Source: Chiloscyllium plagiosum (taxonomy: Eukaryota). Taken from it: a stretch of DNA of 64,000 nucleotides. The stretch spans positions 80,268,528-80,332,527 of the forward strand of contig NC_057711.1 in the NCBI RefSeq assembly GCF_004010195.1. The letters are read 5' to 3'. Position 1 is the first letter of the stretch. The number at the start of each line of letters is the position of its first letter. Shown piece by piece: positions 49,770 through 60,217 of this stretch. Position numbers and translations under genes: made by a program. The notes below the pieces were generated by a model, which made no database searches, was not told where the DNA came from, and was given only the letters and a program-made list of their open reading frames with translations.

Positions 49770-50418
49770 TAGAGAGGAGTTATTCTGAGTTATTTAATGT
49801 CACACATATACATGTAGAAAGAAACATTGAAAAGTGTTTTGTTGCCACAATCTGGCACCATTTTCAGTTGCAAAAGAATAAAATGTAAATGCAGTTCATC
49901 CTAAAGTACAAGGGGTTTTTAAACACAGCTCCAGGCTTCTGCAAGCTATTTCAGAGCTCAAGGAGTCCCCGTGCTTCAAGCCCACCACAGCCAGGAGTTC
50001 CCCACTCTGGGCACCACCATTGCCACAGATGATGACTCGCTGAGTCTATGCTTCCGACCAGGAATCCCCTCACCAGGCACTGCCATCACAGTAGCCAAAG
50101 ACCAGCGAAGTCCCCGAGTCCACGCTTTGGGCCTATCATAGCCAAGGATCCTTGCTCCATGCGCCAACACCGCATCCAACAACCCACCGAGCCCTTACTC
50201 TGGGCCTCGCATGGCCAGCAATCCTCGCTCTGGGCACTGCTGCTGCCGTAACTGACAACTGGCTGTGCACTGCTTCGTCTTCCCCACAATGTCAGAAGAT
50301 GAAGGAAAGAATCAACTGAAAGAAAAGAATGAAAAGGAAGAGAAAGATTCAGCCAGCTTGGAGCAGATGGGCTCAGGAGCCTGAACATTATCTACTGTGC
50401 TGGTGCTGCCATCTTGGA
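49770..50418 (-). mobile_element. Non-autonomous Rex1/Babar-like retroelement (tentative)
   Basis: Minus strand starts tccaagatggcagc and ends ...tgtgtgacattaaa; similar end at 39500-39570. Confidence 0.35.
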
Positions 50419-50958
50419 TTATGTAACACCTTGCCTAGATGATCTAAAACTTCATTTGCTTTTTTTCTTTATAGCAAACATTCAGTTCATTTAGTTTTTA
50501 ATTTAGTTACTGAATCGTTACTGACAAATCTTGGGTATTTGAAAAAAGACAGAGGGTGAGGTCATAACTAGGAGAAGGGGTGCAAAGTAAGAGGTGTGTA
50601 TTTACAACATCTGCAGCTCATAAATCAGAAGGATTTTGTGACTGGAACAAGTAGACTATGTATGCAGGGTTAGGCATAAGTCATCTTCATAGCTTGAGCC
50701 CCATACTCCAATAATACCAAGCACATCTTCATCGTGATGATGAGACAATGTAGCTTTGCTTGTCCCAAAGTACATTGTGTTTGGGTGTTCTACTAAGCAT
50801 GTCTGAACAGCTGGTAGTATGAAATAGCTGCAAAGAATGTCAATTTTGTAGTTATAGTAATTGGGATCAGGTTGACCTCATTAACTACAAGGTTCTTGAT
50901 TAGGGTTGTTAAACTGGGACAATCAGAAAAGCCTTAGCTAACCAATATAACCAGGAGA

Positions 50959-51250
50959 AGCATTGCCCTTTGATGCGAAGGGCATTGCTTGTCACTGGCC
51001 ACTCAGGTGCTTCCTTTTTTCCCAGTCGTGGAAATTGAATAAAGATTTGTACACCTGGGGTTGTCCTTCACTGTGTCTCACACCTGCACACACACACCAT
51101 GGGTGCTGGGGGAAAAATAGTTAAAAATCACACAACACCAGGTTATAGTCCAACAGATTTAATTGGAAGCACTAGCTTTCGGAGCGCTGCTCCTCAAAAT
51201 AAGCACTACCACAATTAGGCGGTAGTGTGGGAAAGGGGAAAAAAAAGGGG
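50959..51250 (+). mobile_element. Tx1-like 3' UTR fragment inserted in the 5' LTR (itself hit by a family B Penelope piece, ~51120-51196)
   Basis: gcttgtcactggccac...gaataaagat...catgggtgctggggga..aaata|agcactacc...ggtagtg + A-tail; homologous to 57050-57222. Confidence 0.7.
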
Positions 51251-51561
51251 ATTTAGAATCTCTTAAGTTCTGGAGACTGATTACAAAAAAGAAAAAAAAT
51301 TATAACCAGGAGATTGAAATCTTCTCAATTGAGGAGAGGAAAGAAAAGATAACCAGGAGATTAAAATCTTCTCAGTTGAACACTGACCTGGAGTTGGCTG
51401 GTCGCAACGAGTGTACTGTGTGCTGGTAAATAAAGGGTGACTTGGTGACAGGACTTGACCTCTGTGCAGTTATGTCAGTGGCAATGGGAGAAAACAGGAT
51501 GCGCATGAAGAACATTTGCTTGTGACTCTCATCTTGGAGTTGGGTTAAGCATTTCTGGCAT

Positions 51562-54500
51562 GATGCCTCTATTTGGGAAGCTTGACTCATTTGGTCCTGC
51601 TATTGAAGCTGTGGCCCAGTATATCAAATGAATGCAGATTTTTTCTGGGCAAATGACAAGGGGACCGATGAAAAGCAATGAATAGTCCTTTGAACTGTGT
51701 GTGGATCCGCAGTATTTTTGGTTATACCGGCTTAACGTTCCCAGAAGTATCACAGACTAAAACAGTCCAAGAGTTGACAGAGTTGGCTAAGAAATATTAT
51801 GACCCCAAACCTCCTCTAATCCTGAGACACTATCGGTTTTATTCGGCTGTTAGAGAACCGGAGAATCTGTATCAGGATTTTTGAAGAGGTTGTGATGATT
51901 GATGGAGGCATGTCACTTTGGGTTAACCCTGAATGAGATGCTGACAGACCATTTGGTATGTGGGATTAATGATGTAGCTGTGCAGAAGTGCCTACGAGCT
52001 GAAGCCCAACCTAACTTCAAATAGGCACTGCAGCTGGCCTTGTCATGAGAAAGTGTGGCAAGTGGAGCATGGGAGCTACAGGGCATCCCAAAGGAAGTGA
52101 ACACCCTCACCTGTCTGACTGAGCTTGGGGAACACCACTTGAGTGTGGTCAATCACAGAGTCTCAGGCAGGGTACATCCTGAACAGAGGGAGCCTAAGAC
52201 AGCCCACAGCAGAACCCCACAACTATGCTGAGGGATAATCATTTCTTGAGGATCTGGACCGGCAAGTCATAGTAGTTGCTACCAGTATGCAGACTCAAAG
52301 CAGCAAAGGAGTCCTACAAGGTCTGATTCAAATAGGAAGACTCATAAGCTGGTAGCTGGAAGTGTGCACACCCTGGAAAGTCCCCCAACAGGTGGGTTGG
52401 AGCAATTACATTACTTAGTGACACCCAAAAAAGAGTTAATTAAAATGAATGCTTGGTTAAATGGTCATCCGGTTCCCATGGAGGTCGATACTGACTCAGC
52501 TGTATCTTTGATTGGAGAAGCTGTCTTTAACAGGATTCATTCAGGACTCTAACCTTGGAGTTTGCTCAAAACCTCAGCCAGACTGAGAACATACACTGGG
52601 GAGTCATTGCAATTCAAGGGTACAACTTTAGCTTCTGTCTCCTATGAGAAACAGTTAGTACCGTTACCACTGATGGTAGCAAAAGGCTTGGGGTACAAGC
52701 CTGTTGGGGTGAAATTGATTGAGAAAGGTTCACCTTGATTGGCTCACATTTTTCAGTTGGAAAATGGCTGCCTCAGTGAAGACCTGGTGAAATACCCAGT
52801 TAGTTTTCCAAGAAGGGCTTGGGATTATCAAATGGCGAAAGCCACTTTACATGTTGACCAGGACATAATTGTGAGATCTCGCAAGGCCTGCCTGCTGCCA
52901 TTTGTCATGTGGGCAAATGTAGAGGCAGAAATCAGAATGCTGAAGAGTGAAGAAATCATTAAACCAGCGCAGTTTGTAGAATAGACAGCACCAGTTGTAC
53001 CAATTGTGAAGCCTGATGGCTCAGTTAGCCTTTGTGGGGATCTTAAGCAAATGGTAAACTGCTTCTCACAGCTGGATAAATGCCAATCCCTCACATTGAG
53101 GGACATGAGCCAAGCCTACCTGCAAATGTGACTGAATTGGGGGTCCCAGAAGTACACTACAATTAATGCCCATAAGAGTTTATACAAATACATAAGGCTG
53201 CCATTTGGGGTATTATCAGTCTGTGCTCTTTTCCAGTGGACCATGGAGAATATTTTACAAGAGCTATCCCAGGTTGCCATTTATCTGGATGATGTACTAA
53301 CAACTGGGAAGACCAATAAAAAGCACTTGGAGAACTTGGACATAGTGGTTAAACATTACTCCCAGGCAGGTGTATGCCTTTGAAGGGAAAATATGTGTGA
53401 CCTATTTGGGTTACAAAGTTGACAAAACCAGGTTACACCCATTGGAAGGGAAAGTGAGAACAAGTAAAGGTACTCTAGCTCCCATGTCTGTACCAGAGCT
53501 TAGGTCTTCCCTTGGGTTAGTGAATTATTATGGGAAGTTCATACATAACCTGGCCTCCATCTTGGTACCCTCACACCTCTTATTGAAATAGGGTCAGCCT
53601 TGGAAATGGTCACGTTGTCAAGAAGCAGCCTTTAGGGAAGTGAAAAAGCAGCTATCATCATCTAAAGGTATTATGCCACTACGATCTGAAGTAAGAATCT
53701 GTACGGTATCGGAATAGTGTTGCCTTACTGGTGGCCCAACGGAGATGAAAACCCTGATAGAGTATGATTCCTGAACTTTGGCTGATGCCTAATAGAAATA
53801 TGACGAGATAAAGAAGGAAGGTTTGGTGGTCATCTTTGGTGTGAAGAAGTTCCACTAGTACCTTCACAGGTGGGAATTTGTCATAGAAACAGTTCACAAA
53901 CCCCTGCTAGGACTCTTGAAGGAGGCTAAGGCAGTGCCTCCCATAGCTTCCGGTAGAATTCAGCATTGGCCCTTATTCTCAGTTTGGACAAGTACAAGTT
54001 AGAACACCGTCCAAGAAGCCAAACTCCCACTGGCAGATACTCCACTGGTAGTGCCTCGCCTGGAAGATTACATTTTGGTTTTAAACTTTCTGGGCCCCCT
54101 GTCAATCACTGCAGACAGTTACTGACTATGGACACAAATATATCCCGTTCTAGCAAAACAGCTGGTGGTATTGGGGGAAACAGAAGGGCCATCGAAACCA
54201 AGATTGAAACCTTTCTCAAGTGGGTGAGACTAGATCACTGTAGAGGATGGCATATTACTGTAGGGAACAAAAGTGATTGTCCTGAATAAAGGTCACCACC
54301 AGATACTGGCTGAACTTCACCAGGGATTTCCAAGTTGAAGTTTTTGGGAAGAAGAAATGTCTGGTGGCCAGGGTTGAATGCTGACATAGCTGCATTGGTG
54401 GGGCAGTGCCAAGACTGCTGATAAGGACAACAATTGCCACCAGCAGCACTCCCACATTCATGGGAACGGCCAGGTAAACCCTGGACTCGATTACATGCTG

Positions 54501-55700
54501 GTCCTTTCATGATCCTGGTCATTGTGGAAACCCATTCAATGTGATTGGACATGCATAAAGTTCCTTCAGCAAATTCAGGAATGACAATTGAGAAACTGTG
54601 AGCAATGATCGTGACACTCGGACTCCTGGGCATATTGGTCACAGACAATGGGGCATTATTTACCAGCGGGGAATTCGAATAATTCCAAAGGTCTTTTTTT
54701 TAGATTACTTACAGTGTGGAAACAGGCTCTTCGGCCCAAGTCCACACTGACGCTCCACTCACCCATACCCCTACATTTACCCCTTTTACCTAACACTACG
54801 GGTAATTTAGCATGGCCAATTCACTTGACCTGCATATCTTTGGACTGTGGGAGGAAACTGGAGCACCCGGAGGAAACCCACGCAGACACGGGGAGAATGT
54901 GCAAACTCCACACAGTCAGTTGCCTGAGTCAGGAATTGAACCCGGGTCTCTGGCGCTGTGAGGCAGCAGTGCTAACCACTGTGCCACCGTGCCGCCCATC
55001 AATGGCCATCAAGGTCAATGGTATTCGGCACACAAGGACAGCTCCATACCACCCGTCGTCCAATGGTCTAACAGAAAGAGTGGTCAAACTGTTCCAGTTC
55101 CTGTTTGATTGTAGGACCACCCTACACGCAACAACAGGGATAGCTCCAGCAGAGTTGCTGATGGAGAGAAGACTCCACATCAGGTTAAACTCAATATTCC
55201 CAGACTTGGGAGGGGGTGGGGGGGGGGGGCGCGGGGAGGGTGAAACAGCAAAAGGAAAGCCAATCTCAGCCACATGCCTCCTCTACGCAAGAGAGACGAT
55301 TTAATTCGGGGGATAAAGTTTGGTGACAGAACCATGGTAATGGCCCTGTATGGATACAAGGTGAGGTTGACAAAGGTTAGCTCCTGTGATTTACAAAGTT
55401 CGAGTAGGTAATACAGTTCTGAACAAACTCATGGATCACCTGAAAGCCATTACCTTGCAAACAGAGAGAAACATACCCAGCCCCTCAGAACAGCCTGAAG
55501 GCATAGCAGAAATTCCATTTAGTGTTGAAGGGTCCGAAATGGATGCAGCCTCCATACTGTTGCTGCCGGAAGAAGAGGAGGGGACACTTCACAGATGTTC
55601 TGGATGCAAGAGATGGGCCACAGTCCAATACATTCCGCCTGCATCTGAGTCTGAGTTAGAGGAATCGGACCTGGGGCAAAAGCATCACAAGTCGAACTAA
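51562..55700 (+). pseudogene. Disrupted gag-pol (protease, RT, RNase H, integrase)
   Basis: MPLFGKLDSF; MEVDTDSAVSLI; RLPFG; IYLDDVL; LRSSLGLVNYYGKFIHNLA; PWTRLHA; LVTDNG; RTAPYHPSSNGLTER; many stops and frameshifts. Confidence 0.9.
54694..54997 (-). mobile_element. Young HE1-like SINE inserted in the integrase region
   Basis: Full head gggcggcacggtggcacagtggttagcactgctgcctcac on the minus strand, CpGs intact; interrupts TDNG...GIRH. Confidence 0.92.
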
Positions 55701-55989
55701 ACATGAAAGAGCAGGCCTACATCCCTGGGCTTATGGGGGGAAGGGATGTAGTGATTGGGACCAGGTTGACCTTGTTTCCCACAAGATTCTTTGTTGGGGT
55801 TATTAACTTGGGCCGATCAGGAAAGTCCTGGCTGATTAATATAATCAGAAGAGTAATACAAGCACTACCGCAGTTAGGCGGTAGTGCAGGTGAAGAAAGG
55901 AAAAACAAATGACCAGGAGAAGACTTAGAATCTCCTCAGTTAAAAGATAAAAGAAAAAAAAGTAAAAATATATATATAACCAGAAGAGA

Positions 55990-56613
55990 ATGCCGGAAGG
56001 TCGGTAGGCTGTCCTGATTGCCATCATCTGGGGGGGGGGGAGGGGGGTGGTGATGGGGCGGTGGTATGTAGTAGCGGGGTTGGAAAAACATGGCGGGCTG
56101 CCCTTGTGGTTGCTGGAAGGTGTCTCACAGCACACCGAGAGCCGTAAGGGGCACGGGCAGACCGAGAGCTGGAAGGAGCACAGGGCAGACCAAGAGCCAG
56201 ACGGGGCATGGGGCAGACTGAGAGCCGGAAGGGGCACAGGGCAGACCAAGAGCTGGAAAGTGTGTCAGAGCGGACCGAGAGCCAGAAGGGGCATAGGTGC
56301 GGGCTGCCTGGTGGCAGGAAGGTGGGCTGAGTGTGTGGTTTGCTGGGTAACCAGCTGTATCTGTGTCCTAGGCAATGTTTTAATGTTCATTTGATTGGGC
56401 TGTCTTGTATGAGTTTGTGTAACTTTCTTTTTTGATAAGATGAGGTGGGATTTGAGATTTGTCCTTATTTCCCTGTTAATTGGTTGCACGGTGGGGTTTG
56501 GGCTTTGGCCTTGCTGCCCCTTTCCCCTATAAATTGCTGTTTCTTGCAAACTGCTGTTTATTGTTTAGTGCTAACTGTTTGTTTGTATTATATATTATCT
56601 GATAAAATTTTAA
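55990..56613 (+). mobile_element. Unclassified insertion in the 3' LTR with 28-bp tandem repeats
   Basis: Flanked by atatataaccagaagag / atatataacaggagag; ~6 units of gggcagaccgagagccggaaggggcaca at 56134-56297; T-rich 3' part. Confidence 0.6.
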
Positions 56614-56898
56614 AATATATAACAGGAGAGGTAAAATTTTCTGCACTTGTTTCTTAACTGTGTCATACGCCTTCCATGCACATGACATGGGTGCTGGGGA
56701 GAAATGCGTACTACTTTAAAAAAAAAGAAAAAAAACTAAAAAGGAGAAAATGTATAGATAACCAGGAGATTAGAATCCCCTCAGTTGAGGATCGATGCTG
56801 AGCTGGCTAGCCACAACCAGTGAATGAAAAACCAGGAGAGGCACAAATATACATATATTTCTTTTTTCTTGTTTTTATAAATATATATAAAACTAGGA

Positions 56899-57224
56899 GA
56901 GTGCGCATGGTGTCCACCAATACTCTCGATGCTTTTAGGGAGAAGTGGGTGCTGTGCAGAGTGGGGTGCTTTATTTCCCCTTCCAGTTCTATTTTGAGTT
57001 GATCCCTACTTTCCCCTTCATTTTTGTTACGTAAGCTCTGCTCATTCCAAACTTTGCTTGTTACTGGTCCACAAGTTTTTTTCCTGGTGGTGGACTGTCG
57101 AATAAAATGATCTTGCACTTTGTGTTATTACTGACTCCTGTACTTATGCGTGCGCAACACGGGTATTGAGGGGGAAAATAAGCACTCCTGCTGTATGGCA
57201 GTAATGTAGGGGTATTTAAAAAAG
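56899..57224 (+). mobile_element. 5'-truncated Tx1-like non-LTR retrotransposon (ORF2 C-terminus, 3' UTR, A-tail)
   Basis: MVSTNTLDAFREKWVLCRVGCFISPSSSILS* resembles the recalled Tx1-type ORF2 C-terminus (AVST.TLE.FRE.W.P.GV.C.ISPS); AATAAA, hairpin and A-tail follow. Confidence 0.7.
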
Positions 57225-58431
57225 AATAGAATCTCCTCAGTTGAGGACTGACTCTGGAAAAAGAAAAGCCAGAAGAGTGGAATCTCCTCGGTGGAATACT
57301 CACTCCAAGCTGGCTAGCTACAGCCAATGTACTGTACACTAGTCAATAAAAGGGTGACCTGGTGTCAGGACATGGCCTATTGCAGTTATTTCAGTGAGTG
57401 TGAGGTGATGACGTAGCTGTTAATATGCATTATGAGAACTTGTCTGGACTCTGATAGATAGAGGATATCTCTCCTCCCATCCACCTTTCACTCCTACACC
57501 TTCAGTTCTGGAACTTCTGACAGACATTGTACTCGACAGCACTGGGCTGCATATTCATTTAAATTAACAGGCTGGATGAAGTTCACTTGCTGCCTATGCC
57601 AAAAAGGGCAAGAGTGCGATACTTGTCCCCTGGGGATGGTTATTGAATTTACTCCCTCAAGAGCTAATGGAAATTTTGTTTTCTTAATGAATCAGCATTA
57701 CAGAATAGCTATAGAATATTAATCAACCAATATATACAAAACATTGGCATTGCATTACATGCAAATAGCTTTACAATCCAGACTGATCTTCATTTTAAAA
57801 TGAAACAGGAACTCTCCACAGGAAATAATGGACTGCGTAGCATAAACTATAGGGAAAATAAAATGTGACAAAAGCAATCAGATAATAAGTTAAATAACAA
57901 TTCAATGCAAAGCAGCAAAGTTCCCAGTGATTTGACATTATACATGCAGGCCCATTTACTAATCCTGTGCTCACAAGAAAGTTTGCACATATAGATGTAA
58001 CAAACGCAGGAGAAAATAACCTACATACAGTGGGATTTATTGGTTTTCTTCTATTGTCTGACTTACATTGATTATCCAACATGGATATATTACTTCCTCT
58101 ACTTGTGCTCATTTTCTCAGGATTTTAAAAAAGTATGGCATATATCCTCTTGGTTTTGCTTTAAAGAAGATAAGTACAGCTCTGCAAGCTTCTCTTCAAG
58201 ATCCAATTTTAAGGATTATCTGTTGGGTGGCTGCACCAGCTCACTACACTGTATGAGCTGTTGCTCATGATGTTGGTTGCTGCTGCATCCTATTTAAGCA
58301 GAGCCTGCTTGGTGTAGTGAAGCAGACAAAAGCAGACTTCCTGGTCTAACTAGAACAGTCTCCTGTAGTTAACAAGGTATATGCATGCATGTCAGCAATT
58401 AGTTATAGGCTGCATTGATATGGTAGAGATT

Positions 58432-58630
58432 GATGTGGAAATGCTGGCATTGGACAGGGGTGGACAAAGTCAGAAGTCACACAAGATCTAGTTCCAGTCC
58501 AACAGATTTACGTGAAATCATAAACGTTCAGAGTGCTGCTCTTTTGTCAGATGATGTGCACTCCGAAAGCATGTGATTTTAAATAAACCTGTTGGACCAT
58601 TTTCTGGAGTCATGTGACTTCTGACTTTAT
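58432..58630. mobile_element. Penelope-like (family B) inverted fragment
   Basis: gtggacaaagtcagaagtcacac...ccaacag and its reverse complement ctgttggac...gtgacttctgacttt. Confidence 0.7.
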
Positions 58631-58957
58631 GATGGACATTGTTAGAGAGATATTAAGAACACTCAGATGTTAGGTTTAATTTCTTTGAGATCCTTTGTTG
58701 ATCTGCCTTCAAATCCAGATGACATCGATATGGTAGCAGGTGCAATTGACACTCCTCAGTTTTAGCTCTTTCATACCCATTAAGACACATATTCAATATT
58801 ATTGCCTTCAATCTATTCAAGAATTCATTAATTCCTTCAAATTTCAAAGTGGATTTACTATGTTTGCCAACATTGTCAGGTTAGGAAAATAGTTGCTGTA
58901 GTTAATTCTTGTGACACTGAATGTTCATTACCAATTTGCATCACTTCCAGTACGGCT

Positions 58958-59251
58958 TAAATTAGATTACTTACATTGTGGGAACAGGCCCTTTGGCCCA
59001 ACAAGTCCACACCAACCCTTGGAAGAGCAACCCACCCAGACCCATTTCCCCAGCACTGTGGGCAATTTAGCATGGCCAATTCATCTAACCTGCGCATTTT
59101 TTTGGACTGTGGGAGGAAACCAGAGCACCCGGAGGAAACCCACGCAGACATGGGGAGAACTTGCAAACTCCACACAGACAGTTACCTGAGGTGGGAATTG
59201 AACCCGAGTCTCTAGCACTGTGAGGCAGCAGTGCTAACCACTGTGCCACCG
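58958..59251 (-). mobile_element. HE1-like SINE
   Basis: ggactgtgggaggaaaccagagcacccggaggaaacccacgcagaca...gaggcagcagtgctaaccactgtgccaccg. Confidence 0.92.
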
Positions 59252-60217
59252 CATTGATGTACATTGACTGATAACCATTTTGTTCATTCCCAGTGCTCTA
59301 GCAAAAATTGCATTGGAATACATAGATTCTGTGTGCAGAGAAATAGTGAATATTGATTTGGGTGATTTCTGGTGTGTGGTATTGCAAAGACCACTCACAC
59401 ATATTTCGGAAAATAGGGTACATCTCGAATGCCTGTGGTATAATATACAGAATTAATTCCTCTCTTGGCTGCTTTGACAGCTGCAGTTCAGCACTGAATG
59501 TTTTCTTTATCTTTGGTTTGATGGAAATAGTTGGCAGTTATATTTCATTTGCTTACATGGGTTTTCACTCTTCAAATGCAGGCTGAGTTTAAAACTGGCA
59601 TCAATAATACTATAATTTTCATTCAGTAACAGAGCTGAGTGCTTTGCTTCCAATGTAGCCTAGTGGAAATTTGAAACTTGTCGATAATGATTAACTTGAC
59701 AAATGTACAACTTGGTTCCAATTCAACTCTTTAGGTATGGTAGTGCTTGTTTCTACTTCTTTAAACAATGCACTGCCCAAGTACAGAAATCAGTACATTG
59801 GTGAGGATGTCATAATGTGAGACCTTCCTATAACAGTTGAGAAGAAGGTGGGCAGACCACCACTTTACTGCTGTAAGTGCCTGGATTGAGCAAGGTCTGT
59901 ACTGTTGGCTGCCCCAGTATTCAGCAGGGAGCCAAGCAATGTGTGATAATATTACATAATTCAGCCAATCTAAACAGAAACAAGAATAGCAATTGAAGGG
60001 TTACTGGATTTGAAACATTAACTTTGCCTTCTCTGCACAGCTGCTGCCTGACCTCTGAGTTTCTCTAGCAATTTCTGTTTTTGCTTCAGATCTTCAGCAA
60101 CCAGAGTTCTTTATTTTATTCTCTAAGCAGAGACAGTCTGGCCTTCTTTAGGGAATGTTTTGCTGAATTACAGAAAAATGCTGCTGAATGTGATTTCTGG
60201 AATTGTAAACTAGGAGA

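Larger units (their letters stand above)
50853..57393 (+). mobile_element. Gypsy/Ty3 (Mag-like) LTR retrotransposon, full span, inactivated
   Basis: 5' LTR 50853-51477 (tatagtaattggg...gttatgtca), PBS-like gtggcaatgg, gag-pol fossils, PPT ggggggaaggga, 3' LTR 55747-57393 (tgtagtgattggg...gttatttca). Confidence 0.9.

Noticed and set aside
51300..51380. CRISPR-like repeat-spacer appearance of the repeated ataaccaggagatt motif
   Set aside because: Eukaryotic context, irregular spacing, spacers are A-tails or retroelement ends, and no cas genes; better explained as target-site duplications.
54648..55304. 218-aa ORF, the longest in the window
   Set aside because: Chance fusion of an antisense HE1 SINE reading frame with a Gypsy integrase fragment; not a gene.
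55862..55887. Helitron 3' hairpin or rho-independent terminator
   Set aside because: No CTRR terminus and no T-tract; it is followed by an A-tail and linked to a Tx1-like ORF end.
50848..57399. TSD for the Gypsy element (gtagt vs gtgag)
   Set aside because: Only a partial match; cannot be claimed.
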